A stretch of 63,908 bases of DNA, filler included, from Blastocystis sp. subtype 4 (Eukaryota): the NCBI RefSeq assembly GCF_000743755.1. It is 4 parts of 4 records of this genome, joined end to end, with 100 filler letters (N's around TTAATTAATTAA, not from the genome) between each part and the next. Parts side by side here need not be neighbours in the genome. Positions count along the whole stretch, not along the records: positions 28,059 to 51,536 come from NW_014569272.1; positions 51,637 to 63,908 come from NW_014569250.1; 2 more parts are not named here. The stretch is one strand, 5' to 3'. The position numbers and the translations under genes are program-made. This document shows positions 46,912 through 58,475 of this stretch, piece by piece; positions within the stretch are counted from its first letter, which is position 1, and each line of letters opens with the position of its first letter. The notes below the pieces were generated by a model, which worked only from the letters and a program-made list of their open reading frames with translations, had not been told where the DNA came from and did no database searches.

Positions 46912-47910
46912 ATGAGAAACGTAACTGTTGCTGCCACTCAGATGTCTTGCACGTACGTCTCAACCGTCTGACTTAACGTCAGCCCTGTATGGGAAGAGAA
47001 TGTCGCTAAGGGAGAGAAGCTGGTTCGTGAGGCTGCTGCAAAGGGTGCCCAGGTCATTCTGCTTCAAGAGCTTTTCTCTGGGTGGTATTTCTGCCAGGAT
47101 GAGAAGCAGGAGTCTTTCGCTCTTGCGGAACCCGCTTCCTCTAGCAGACTGATTGCTCACTTTCAGAAGATTGCAAAGGAATTGGGTGTGGTTCTTCCCA
47201 TATCCTTCTTCGAGAAGGACAATCAGGCCTATTACAATTCTATTGCAATTATTGATGCGGATGGATCTGTTTTGGGTGTCTACAGAAAGTCTCATATTCC
47301 TGATGGACCTGGTTATGAAGAAAAGTTCTACTTCAATCCTGGAGATACAGGTTTCAAAGTGTGGGACACAAAGTACTGTAAGCTAGGAGTGGCTATCTGC
47401 TGGGATCAGTGGTTCCCTGAGGCTGCCCGTTGCATGACTCTGATGGGTGCTGAGGTGCTTAGTGAGAGGTGATGAGAGTTGATTAGAACTAGTGTATCCT
47501 ACAGCTATTGGATCAGAACCTCAAGATACAGGTCTCAACAGTAGTGGTCATTGGAGACGTACGATGCAGGGTCACTCTGCTGTAAGGATTTTGTTCAGTT
47601 CGTAACGTAGGCCAACTATATCCCTGTTGTTGCTAGCAACCGTGTGGGTAAGGAGTTGGGAGACAAGAGTTTCATCAACTTCTATGGAACTTCCTTCATC
47701 ACTGATCCTACCGGAGCTATCGTGACTGATGCCAGTAGGCGAATAACCTATAATTGATGTGAAGAGGATGAGGACAACGTTGTCTTGACTGCTACATTTG
47801 ATCTCGACAAGATTACTGCCTGTAGAGCCAGCTGGGGACTCTTCCGAGACAGAAGACCTCAACTCTATAGACCTTTGCTTACGTTGGATGGCCACACTGA
47901 CCTGATTTAG
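46912..47910 (+). CDS. aguB: N-carbamoylputrescine amidohydrolase (nitrilase superfamily)
   Basis: MRNVTVAATQM, LLQELF, YRKSHIPDGPGYEEKFYFNPGDTG, ICWDQWFPE, YPTAIGSEP, WGLFRDRRP. Confidence 0.93.
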
Positions 47911-47947
47911 GAAATTGGCTAGATGCCTTGTGTTTGTTGAAAACAAG

Positions 47948-49349
47948 TCAAATTAAGAGAGTGCCTATGGGAATAGGACTAGAAGAGTTCCGATAACTAT
48001 TCCCAATAGTAAAACTACTAACACGACGAGATTTCGTTTGTAGATATTGATCTATCTCCTCGAAACTCACGTCTCCTCGTGTTGAAACATTGGTATGATC
48101 ACTGGATATCATATCTTTCCGAATGGTTAAGAGTTCCTCATCTCTCTCTGTCAAATCTATATATCATCTCATTTAGCTCAAAACACACATTTCTTTAGAA
48201 CCTCTTCCACAAACCTCAATACTACAGAAGAATGTGCTTGTAGATACAATGGAAGATATCGTTTGATATCCAAACCTAATACACGCAATTCATCATCAGT
48301 ACACACATCATCATCTTTCCATTTCTTTCCTTTCTACATTCAATAACAGTGAATAACACTACTTCAAATGCCATCCCATAAAAGGAATGAGAGAACAGTT
48401 TCCGTGTTAATAACAACAGCATTTCAACAATTGCTTCATCCTCACAAACGGAGAGATACAAAGCCATATTCTCAACAAGACAATCCACAAAACCGTTCCA
48501 GCGACTATAAGCGATTGATAGAATGTGAAGCCAGTTGTCCAACCAAACATCCCTGTCAGCATCCTTCGGATCTGGAAGCAGCAATGGGCACAGCTCTACA
48601 GATAATAGGTTCATCAGTCATATACGTGGACCGTTATGAGAGGTTCCAGCAAGAGCTGGAATCATTGTACCAATGATGTCAGTGGTAGAGGTGCTTACAA
48701 AGATATTCCGCAGAATCTGATTCACTTCACCCTTCTTATAATACGTTGACATATCTGTGTTGGTGGAAGCAATTCGACTGAGGATGATGAGTTGTTGAAT
48801 CAGCGCATCGCGTTGTTGAACTAGAGATTCTTCCTGCTTCTATGGATCAAATATACGATACAAAAAAACCATCCAATAGGCATCAAACAACCAATGCTTT
48901 GCATTCTTCAATGAAGTGTACAGGACATCAAAGGATGGGATATCATTATGAGTGCACCGATGTCGGAGATCAACAAAGATCCTAGGAAGGCCAATCTCCT
49001 CTGCAATAGAATTAACAGACTTTGAGTATACCCCTTTTTGTTCTACATCGATCATTCCATTCACCATTCGAATCAAAGCCAAGGCAGCAGCTAAGCAGAG
49101 TTCATTGTAAGAAGCACTATACCCATTGACTTCTTCCTCTTGCATACAACTATCCATCTTCATGATTAACTCGGAAAAGAGAGCTGTTGATTCAACGGCT
49201 ACAGGAACACCACATGGTCTTATTTTCCATGAATTAACAATATCAACACCTTCGCTAACCAGTTGGGGTTCCATTGAATAGAGTAACATTTTCACATACA
49301 ACCATTGGTCCCAATTCATCCATGGAACAAAACGGTTTACGGGATTCAT
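47948..49349 (-). CDS. LAS1: LAS1 HEPN pre-rRNA endoribonuclease
   Basis: VPWMNWDQW, PVAVESTA, ALIRMVNG, IGLPRIFVDLRHRCTH (HEPN RxxxxH). Confidence 0.9.
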
Positions 49350-49420
49350 GAGAAGAGATTGTAACGACAACTAAAAGATAAAAAGGGAGGACACTAACAA
49401 GTAACTTAAACAAACACAAC

Positions 49421-51099
49421 ATTCCTTCTCTTTCTTATCCTTATGCTTGTGTTCCTTCTTCTCTTTCTTCTCTTTCTTGTCCTTCTTATCCTTCTTATCT
49501 TTCTTCTCTTTCTTCTCTTTCTTTTCCTTTTTATCTTTCTTGTCTTTCTTTTCCTTCTTTTCCTTCACTTCCTCCTTCTTTTCCTCTTCTTTCTTTTCTT
49601 TCTTTTCTTCCTTCTTAGGTTCCTCTTCCATAGCAACTACATCACTTGCAGTATTGAACTGAATACGTCTCTCCACAGAAACCGCAGGTACAGCCTTCTG
49701 ACGACCCCTATCCATTATTCTTCCTCTCATCCACCTACACATTGGATCCAGTAGCAGCTTTGAAAGAGGATCCCTCTAACTGGCGTAGACGCTCCTCTAC
49801 CTTCACACGAGCGTCCTCACCCAATGTGCTATCAGGTTTATCACTCAAAGCATCTACACGAATAGCAAGCGCAGCTTTTGACTATACTTCATATCCCTTC
49901 GACAAACCTACTGCTAGCACACGTGAGATTTTACCCTTATGCTTCTGTGCGGCTTGACCCACCAACGAAGCATGATAAATAAGACCATACTTGGGAGTTT
50001 CATGACGGGTTTTCAAGGCTCGGAATAAGGCCTTTTCAGCACCTAGAATCTGTACAGTAGATGCAGGGAACTTCGCCAGATTCATCAGAGATCCAGCATG
50101 AGCAATCAGACGAGCACCCACTTGTTCACCCACAATCACCGACAAATTGGGCGCAACAGCATGCATACGATTCTGCAGATACTCATTCAGCTGTACACGA
50201 TAAGCAGCTAGATCTAGAACCTGTGTAGCCAGCTCCTGAATATTCTTCAGATCATTATCACTGATATCTGTTCCTGTCGAAATTAAAGCCGTTTTCTTCA
50301 TCTCCTCTTCCACATCTACCATCAGATATCAACACTACACCTACTCTCTTCGAGAATGTCAGAGAAGTCAAGATCATGAGCATTCTTACGATAGCCCATC
50401 TTCAGAATCACCTTCGCATACTGTATGTTATCAAGAACAATCTTTTGCATCTCAGGGAAATGCCATCCATACCACTCCTTTACACGCATCGCGTAAATAT
50501 TAATTTCTTTGTCCAATTCATCAAGAAGACTGATTGCCTGGATAATCATGGTATCCACCTTATCGGCAGAGAACTTCAGTTTGTAACTATCGATGAACTA
50601 CCAAATACGATCCTACCGTCCCAAACTGTGAGACAAACCTAGAATCATAGCATGCATATCTTTGCTCGAGATGGACTCCAGAAGAGTGTTCATCTGACTT
50701 CGAATTCCACGCATCAACTCATTGACGCTATTGTCATTGATACACTTTACATCCAGTTCATCCTTAATCAATCCAGCAAGCTTAGCATCTGCAACAGCCA
50801 ACTTGTCCTTCAGTCCAGCTTTAACAATCGATTTCTTTAGGAATTTCTTCAAAGAGTCATCCAAAGAACCATCAACGAGAGCCGAAGCAGCAGCCAAGGC
50901 CTCTGTGGTATCCTTGAACTTCTTGAAATTGATAAGCTTCAAACTACACATAAATCACAATGAAGAAAGCTTCCTACAGCGAACTCGCCTTTTCCGGTGT
51001 CTCGAACTGCTGGAAAATACTACCAGCATTCTTAACCTTTCCTTCATCCAGAACTTTGAAAAGAGCATAACCTCCCGGAGTCTCGAAAAGAACCAGCAT
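49421..51099 (-). CDS. NOP58: Box C/D snoRNP protein Nop58; stop created by polyadenylation
   Basis: [49 protein letters not shown] tail ending GAA T then GTTG TGTTTGTT. Confidence 0.95.
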
Positions 51100-51536
51100 T
51101 TTGGATTTCTATAACAATCTATATGGTTCAATCAACTCTAAATTAGTAATCTACCAGAAAGTAAAAAGACGAAACGCAAAGAGTCTCGAATCTCTGAGTT
51201 TGGCAGTTCAACAAAGTGCATGTCGTTGCGCATATTGTCTATAAATAACTGGTATCTTTCTAGGTTCAAGGGACTGGTGAATACTAAGATGATGAAGTGG
51301 TCATAGGACTGAAATAGGGTTGTTGGAAAAGAATAAACAATCTATCTATTTTGCAGCTTTCTCCTTCAGAGACTGATCTTCATTGCCTCCTCACAGCAGC
51401 TGTTGATTAGTTGAATTGGTTGAAGGTGTATTGATTGTGTGATATGTATAATATAAAGATTGTGTATGAATTCTGCCTTCACATTCCGCCGTGTTCTGTT
51501 TCGTATTTCACCAATTATCTGTGCCATTCGTCTTGT

Positions 51537-51636
51537 NNNNNNNNNNNNNNNNNNNNNNNNNNNNNNNNNNNNNNNNNNNNTTAATTAATTAANNNNNNNN
51601 NNNNNNNNNNNNNNNNNNNNNNNNNNNNNNNNNNNN
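51537..51636. other. Artificial contig linker
   Basis: Same N-TTAATTAATTAA-N spacer. Confidence 0.98.
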
Positions 51637-51759
51637 AGTACGATTGTTGATAGTGATATCATCTTCGTTGTTCATGAAGGAGGAATTGTTGCTAGTGGTA
51701 CTCATGAAGAGTTATTGAAGTCTTGTGATTTCTATGCTAATCTGGTTAAGGGTCAGTAG
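51637..51759 (+). CDS. ABC transporter (ABCB-like), 3' end only
   Basis: STIVDSDIIFVVHEGGIVASGTHEELL...YANLV, typical of the end of an ABCB nucleotide-binding domain. Confidence 0.85.
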   Translation, partial: STIVDSDIIFVVHEGGIVASGTHEELLKSCDFYANLVKGQ

Positions 51760-51800
51760 TCTGCATTTGTTTGTTTGATCATACTTTTTCCTCCCAAACA

Positions 51801-52626
51801 ATGGATTGTTCTGGGACTTTACATTTGGCCTTCTTTGCAGACTATCTATCATCTTCAAGTGGAGAACGACGGTCAATTCTGGAAAGCAAGTCACCATCCG
51901 TAATATCGCGAGGGAAACGATTGCATATCAAGCATGAAACGGAAAATGTTTGTCCTAATTTGGAATCTTACTCTTAGTGTTCCATCGCTGAAATGGGTGA
52001 CTTCTCAAAGTATCTCTCTAGTCAAGAACAACTACGTGACTATCAGACAGGAGAAGTTCGACAGAATCCAAACTTGTTTGGTAATCCTTACCGGAAAGTG
52101 GACAAGAAAAAGAACCCTGGGGTTTGAACGAATTTTAGGACTGATCTGTAGTATATCCCTTCATCTGTCGACGAGTGTTATGATATCCTTTGTTCTTCTT
52201 GGTTATTAGTCCTTCACAGTACTTGGTGACGATCACTCCGTCTTCTCGTTCGGAGAGAGTCAACAATTACCTTCCTCCAACCGAAAAGGACATCGTTCAG
52301 AGCGTTCCAATCGTGGGAATACTTCGAAAGCTCTTCGAAAGGGGCATCCAATGGAGGAAGAGGTTGAATCCGACCAATTACTAGCAGAAAAGGATAGTCC
52401 GAAAGAAGAGAAACACCTTGGATCCTATGTCTGGAAAGGAAGTCGCAAAAGCCTTCTTCTTCACTACTTTGTTCAAGTGTGGTCAAAACTCTGTGATCAT
52501 GAACGGATTGTGTTTGATGAAAAGTTGGAGAATTCGATTCGGCAAGATCTCAAACCAAAATTGAATGACAATGAAATTAGTCTTATCACCAGATATGTAA
52601 AGTTACGCGCTCTTTCTCTTATGTGA
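51801..52626 (+). CDS. Short protein resembling only the C-terminal module of Integrator subunit 6
   Basis: Spliced CSIAEMGDFSKYL...LRD...NLFGNPYRKVDKK...VDE recalls INTS6 IAQMGNYQEYL...LRE...FGNPFKLDKK...IDE. Confidence 0.55.
52183..52222 (+). other. U12-type AT-AC intron (40 nt)
   Basis: Starts ATATCCTT, branch-like TCCTTCAC, ends TAC; removal joins VDECYV|GDDH in frame with ORF 52351-52626. Confidence 0.8.
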
Positions 52627-52645
52627 CATATTACTTGTTTGTTTG

Positions 52646-53445
52646 ATGAACAAGTGTATAGATTCCTTATCAAATACAGAAGATCGAAAGATCCAATGGA
52701 AATATACAGGAAAGTTTCTTCAAATTGGTGAGGTGATATACAAGAACCCAGTATCAGGAGCAATTCAAGTAGTAATGATATGAATGAATTATTTGAAGAC
52801 ATACGAATGTATCCGAAGAATTACAAAGACTCAGATTGTTGATGGCAATGATTTGTTCTGTAATTAATCATAGGAGTCCTAATCTTACCTATTTTGAAGG
52901 GATCGAAGTACAAGGAGCCACATGTGTTACTGATTCATTGCTATCGTCCTGCCTTTGAAACGTATGTTATGTCATTACCTGCAGGTTTTGTTGGTAAATG
53001 AGAGTAATACATAGGGTTAGTGGATCCTGGAGAAACACCACTCGATGCAAGTCTTCGAGAACTGAAAGAGGAAACAGGTTACACTGGTACTCATATGAAT
53101 GTAAGAATGAAGACACTATTTCATCTGTTAGCTGGACTTGTCGATTCCGTATTATTCGGATCCGTGGAAAAGCAATGAACAGCAAATGTTATACATAGTG
53201 GAAGTTGACATGGATCGAAAGGAAAATCAGTGTCCTCAACAACATTTGGAGGAATCAGAGGATATTAAGACTGAAATCATTCCAATATCACAACTATTAT
53301 CTGTAGTTCATGGTATGAATTTCTAGGTCGATAGACTGTAGAGAATCTGGAAAAGGGTCAACTGGTCTCGTCTCCTTTGTATATGTTGTCAATTACATTG
53401 AGTTCACAATCAATATTTGATAAGATTGATCAAGTGTTACCATAG
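52646..53445 (+). CDS. Nudix hydrolase (ADP-sugar pyrophosphatase/NUDT5-like)
   Basis: YRP...LPAG|LVDPGETPLDASLRELKEETGY Nudix box, SDP; start approximate. Confidence 0.85.
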
Positions 53446-53475
53446 TTGCATTCAAATCCTGTTTGTTAACTCTCA

Positions 53476-54138
53476 ATGATTTCTCTCGTTCCCTATGAGC
53501 TTTCCTCAGATAGCAGTGAGTCCGAATCAGAGACAAAGGAGGAGAATGTGGAACTAGTGAAAAAGGAGAATGTTTAATATAATCTAGATGTCTAATACAT
53601 GTAGACAGAAGAAGAAGTCAAGAAGGAAGGAACTGAGAAAGCTAAGATACTCCCTTCGTTTAGTGAGGCTTTTGGAGATACAGAGATCCCTTCATTCATT
53701 AGACGAGCCAGAACGGTAATTGGGTTGTCGTCATGATTAGACATAGGAGAAGGATGATTTTATCCATTATTTCAATCTAAATGAGGCTGAAAAGAAGAAG
53801 GAAACGGTCCTTTTGAAAATGAGGATTGATGGGTAGAAGGAGGAGAAGGAATTGCGTGAGAAGAAGGAAAAGGAAAGTGAAGAAAAGGCAAAAAAGGAGA
53901 AAGCTGAAAGAGACGAGAAGGAACGTCTCCAGCGTGTGCAAGAAGAGAATGCTCTTCGTGATGAAATGTACAAATGTATTATTGAGTGTTACATCATGAA
54001 TGTAGTGAAACGTGAAGGAAGGGAGAAGATTAAGGAGAAAATGAAGCGACAACGCTTGAATGGTCAATCAGGTATAGGAGAGGATTTCCGTCGGTGGCGA
54101 AGTGATGAAGAGATGGTGATGAGACAGCAATACATGTA
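53476..54138 (+). CDS. Small charged protein with C-terminal KRQRLNGQSG...WRSDEEMVMRQQY motif; stop probably created by polyadenylation
   Basis: MISLVPYE...SDSSESE start, exon chain; without cleavage the ORF would run 38 nt antisense into the TM9SF coding end. Confidence 0.55.
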
Positions 54139-54167
54139 CCTGTGTTTCGAAACAAAACCGATTCACA

Positions 54168-56311
54168 CTAATCAATCTTCACACTTCCAAACAGCTTATC
54201 AATGAAGAAAAACGAAGAGATGAAACCAATCGTACCTGTCAAAATAGAGAACAAAATGGAAAAAATGAGTAAATATCCGACAATCTCAACAATGACAAGT
54301 ACATTATCCAACCTCACCAAAACACTCAAATAATAAAATGCAAATGCAAATGCATAGATTCCAGAAAATCCAGGAGCAATAAAGCTGATCCACCACCAAT
54401 TGTAATTCTCAGAGCAAAGGATAGAAAAAATGATGACAATGGCAATCTCAGCAGTTACAATAATAAGAAGAATGAGAGTTATGAAGATAAAACGATAAAG
54501 AGAGTATCCCTGTCCCATCCAAAGAGATGAAATAAAGAAGAAGAGTTCAACAAAGACCACTCCAAATGGAACTACACCTCCAATTAACATCAGAGGAAGA
54601 TTACGAAGGTACCATGGTTGAGGAGGGATCTCACGAGGAATAGCTGAAGTAGCAATAGGAACCGCATAAGGCTCTCGTTTGAGACCTAAGGAAGAACCAA
54701 GAAGGAGAAGAGGGAAGGCAAGACAGAGCCAGATAAGGAGAAGTTTGATCAGAGAGATTGGTGAGATAGCTGTGATACTGTGATATGAGGTAGCAACAGT
54801 ATTCTGAATAAGATAAAGAATAAACAGAATACCTATGGATGAGGAGACAAAGGCAATTATACTAGGAACAAGAGTACCAGAGAGTCTTATACTCCATTTA
54901 ATATGTTTACCTCCAAATGATGAATATAGCCAGGTTGAATAAAAACCATTCACAAATGAAAGAAGAACAAAGAACAATAGAAGAATATTAATAAAACTCC
55001 CTCGATTTTCAGGAGAATAAGTACCAAAATAACCAAGTATTATTGCCAATAATAGCGTTCCCAAAATCTGAAGACCAGATCCCTATTTATCAATTTATCA
55101 TTCAATCCTCACCACAAGAGAAGAGAGAAGAATCAAACCATGTTGCGGAGGACGAAAGACATCTGCATGGACCATCTTCCATGCACTGTCGTCTCCCTCA
55201 ACAATATCATCTTTGTCTGTGGGTAACTATTTGTCAATTTATCAAAGAGATGAAAAACACGGTTATACTGAGCATGGTCTTGATAGATAGTACGATGAAT
55301 AATAAAACCAACCATTCCCTAGATAGAAGTCAATGGTTATGAAGATACAGCAAGGAAAAGAACAATAAGAAAAGAGTTCATTATACTGTACCAATGAATG
55401 GTAGATGTCTCTTCTCCAAAACTATTCTTTGTATATCGATCAAATCGATGCTCCCAATCAATATTAGAATGAATCCATTCAACAGAATACGAAAAGATCA
55501 CATGAACCTTCTATCCATGAATCCAACTATCCAAACATACCCCATCAGTTTCGTGGACTCCTTTTCCACGAATACTCATGGCGGGAACCGTCTTTGTAGA
55601 GCACAGAGTTTGAACATCATCCTTTGAGTTATACTGGATACTATAAATGATTCAAAATGAGTAGAAGAACCTTCGAGGAGCAATTTCAAAGCCAACAATC
55701 ACAAGAGAATTCTCGGCATCCTTTTCATTAACATATATCTTAAAATCCAAATGATTATTGAGGGCATATCCCATTACACTTCCATTACCTACGTGAACAA
55801 GCACTCCACCTATAGGGAAGCCATGTTCATAATCTGAGTATTCATCTGACATAGCAACTCGCATGACACCAGAGAGATTATCGATAAGCAGTTCTGCAGT
55901 ATATTCATTGTCTATGAAATCGACAAACTGAGACACTTGAGATTGGTCATAATCCATTTCAGCAACAACAACACCTAAAGTTGAGAACAAAGGATATCAA
56001 ACACATTCTTGATCCTGATTCACACTCACATCATAAATAGAGTTTTCAATGTGGTTCGCCGTAATCAGCTCACCAAGAGAAGAAGATTTATGGATTTGTT
56101 CCGAAGGCTAGAAGTGACAAGAAGCAAAAGATACAACTTTAGGAAAAGGAAGATGATAATATTCATAAGGAATAAATGTCTTTGATGAATGAAGTCCATT
56201 AACTTTGATGTTGAGGATGTCATCTTGCTTGAAAGCATGTTTGGAACCGGATAGGAATCCAGCCTGTGTGATACTGAGTAGAAGCAAGGATGTAAAAACG
56301 ATGAATCTCAT
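54168..56311 (-). CDS. Transmembrane 9 superfamily (EMP70/nonaspanin) protein
   Basis: Signal peptide, PYEYYHLPF, IPREIPPQPWY, GGVVPFGVVFVELFF, ENYNWWW, C-terminal VKID (KxD). Confidence 0.93.
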
Positions 56312-56633
56312 TGTCCTTTGTTTTACATGTATTGGTAGAATTATCCCCGATTTATGGAACTCAGTCAATCCATGTGAAACAAGAACAAGATTCTAGGAAT
56401 TGCTTTCTCACACACTTGGCATATTATTGGAGTATTATTATCATAGTATGAAAAGAATGAGAAATCATCCAGCTCATAACTTCCAAATAACCTAGTGAAT
56501 CTTATTGCTGCACAATATAGATCCACTTCAAATGGTCCCAATCTCCTAGAAATTTCTAGAACATTCTGTACTATGTCCAAGAGAGTATCACTTTTATTCT
56601 GAAGTAAGCTATCAACGTTTTTTCTTATATCCA

Positions 56634-58448
56634 ATGAACGAAGAGAACCCTCCCATGGATCCGAAAGAGGTTGAGAGTGCTCTGAGCAAGATCGGTAAGG
56701 TAGCAGAAGAAATTGGGAAAATGGAATGGAATTATGAGCGATTACTCAATAAGAGAGAGAAACTCTTGTTACAAGCTGTGATTGCATATTGGAAGAGTAT
56801 TGCTCTAAAAGATGATTACCTATATGATATCAGACTAAACTATAGCACTTATGAATATGATTGTGGCATGTTAAACGAGAATCTCACCAGAGAGCTGTTG
56901 AATCTCGATGGCATTACCAGTAATGGAAATGAAGAAATTCGGACAAAGCGGAAGGAACAAGTAAAGAGGATATTGCAGTTGCAAGATGAAACAACTATTC
57001 TTCATAAGAGAGCAGCCACACTTTCACTATTTTATCGTTCATTTGTTTCGGCTCCTCGGTATCAAGCCCTTCTGGCTCCTCAGGAACCTGGTTCGCCAAT
57101 TCCAACTTCGCCTATTGTGGAAGAGCCCCCAGAAGAACCTACCAATCTTCAGGGACGTCCTTCTCTAAAGCGAACAAAATCTGTACATATCATTCCGGTG
57201 TTGTCTCCTCAGGAGTTTGAAGAAGCTCGTAGACGTGCAGAGGAAGAGAAGAAGCAAACTGAAATGAGTGCTGAGGAACGAAAGCAGCGGAAGGCAGAGA
57301 AACGCCATGCGAAGAAACTTGCAAAGAAGCAAGCAGAGGAGGAAAGGAGAAAGGAAGAGAAGGAGCGAATGGAGAAGCAAAGGAAGGAGGAAGAAATGAA
57401 GAGACAGGAAGAGTTACAGAGGAAGGCAGAAGAAGAGGCGAGAAGGAAGGCTGAAGAAGAGAGGAGGAAGGAAGAGGAAGAAATGAAGAGGAAGGAAGAG
57501 GAGGAAATCAGGAGGAAGGAAGAGGAAGAAATCAGGAGGCAAGAGGAGGAGGAAATCAGGAGGAAGGAGGAGGAAGCAAGAAAGGCTGAGCTGCAAAGAC
57601 AGGAAGAAGAGACAAGAAGACAAGAAGAAGCGAAACAACAAGCTATGAAGCGACATATTGAAGTCAAGGACCCTCAAGAGAAGAATAAGGAATCTGATTC
57701 AGAGAGTGATATGGAGGAAGAATCTGATTCAGAGAGTACACATCATTTGGAAGTAGATTCATCCAAACCGGAGATCGAAGAAGATGAAGAAGATGAATTG
57801 GATTCTCTTCGTAGTGATTACAATCCGAAATATCAGTGGTTGAGACAAGAGAATAAGTTGCATTTGATTCTAATGAATGTGGATTTTGACCAGAAGTCAT
57901 TACGCTGTATAACACGACCATCGAAACCAACACCCAAAGTGATTATTCAGGGATATCGTATTGAGAAGAGTGATCAATCACTTGGTTATTATGGATTATT
58001 TTACAATCCTCATCCTTCATATCGATACATTCCTTTCACTACAGTACTTACACTCCCTGATGTTCCTATTGACATGAAAAAGGCTCCTCGAGCTACTTAT
58101 TATGATGATCAGAGTATCATGCAAATCACTTACTCCATTCTACCTGAACATATAAGTTCTCCTGAGACTCAGAAGAGTTATAAAAGACCATCTCCACAAC
58201 CAGCAATGGAAGAAGAAGAACCACCTCGTTATTATGTGAATAATCCTTTGTTCCCTGAGGTACCAATGAGAGATAGGAGATCTCGTATGTGTAATCATGA
58301 TCCTCGTTATGATGATTATGATTCTGATGGTGAAAGTGGTTATTATAATAGTCCATATTATCGAAATCCTTACAATCCATATCGCCAGAGACGACAACAA
58401 CAAAGATCTCCTTCTTTTTATCCGTTCTTTGGTAATGGCTATTGGTAA
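56634..58448 (+). CDS. BAG-domain co-chaperone with ER/K single alpha helix and a C-terminal HSP20-like domain, intronless
   Basis: LNENLTRELLNLDGI...IRTKRKEQVKRI BAG signature; (EEEIRRK)n tract; beta-rich C-terminal segment with alpha-crystallin-like pattern. Confidence 0.7.
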   Translation: MNEENPPMDPKEVESALSKIGKVAEEIGKMEWNYERLLNKREKLLLQAVIAYWKSIALKDDYLYDIRLNYSTYEYDCGMLNENLTRELLNLDGITSNGNEEIRTKRKEQVKRILQLQDETTILHKRAATLSLFYRSFVSAPRYQALLAPQEPGSPIPTSPIVEEPPEEPTNLQGRPSLKRTKSVHIIPVLSPQEFEEARRRAEEEKKQTEMSAEERKQRKAEKRHAKKLAKKQAEEERRKEEKERMEKQRKEEEMKRQEELQRKAEEEARRKAEEERRKEEEEMKRKEEEEIRRKEEEEIRRQEEEEIRRKEEEARKAELQRQEEETRRQEEAKQQAMKRHIEVKDPQEKNKESDSESDMEEESDSESTHHLEVDSSKPEIEEDEEDELDSLRSDYNPKYQWLRQENKLHLILMNVDFDQKSLRCITRPSKPTPKVIIQGYRIEKSDQSLGYYGLFYNPHPSYRYIPFTTVLTLPDVPIDMKKAPRATYYDDQSIMQITYSILPEHISSPETQKSYKRPSPQPAMEEEEPPRYYVNNPLFPEVPMRDRRSRMCNHDPRYDDYDSDGESGYYNSPYYRNPYNPYRQRRQQQRSPSFYPFFGNGYW

Positions 58449-58475
58449 TATTGTTTGTTATCAATAAAGAAAGGA

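Noticed and set aside
49443..49754. Hydrophobic antisense ORFs (also over BiP, the MORN-like gene and the BAG helix)
   Set aside because: Shadow frames of Lys/Glu-rich or codon-biased sense genes
51285..51380. Possible box C/D snoRNA (ATGATGA...CTGA with AAGA/TCTT ends) near the NOP58 start
   Set aside because: No rRNA-complementary guide recognised; overlaps what looks like the 3' end of a truncated minus-strand gene with its own TGTTTATT element
55975..56004. ATATCCTT in TM9SF (and GTATCCTT near 59525 in NBS1) as U12 donors
   Set aside because: Both lie inside ordinary 30-nt GT-AG introns that restore the frame
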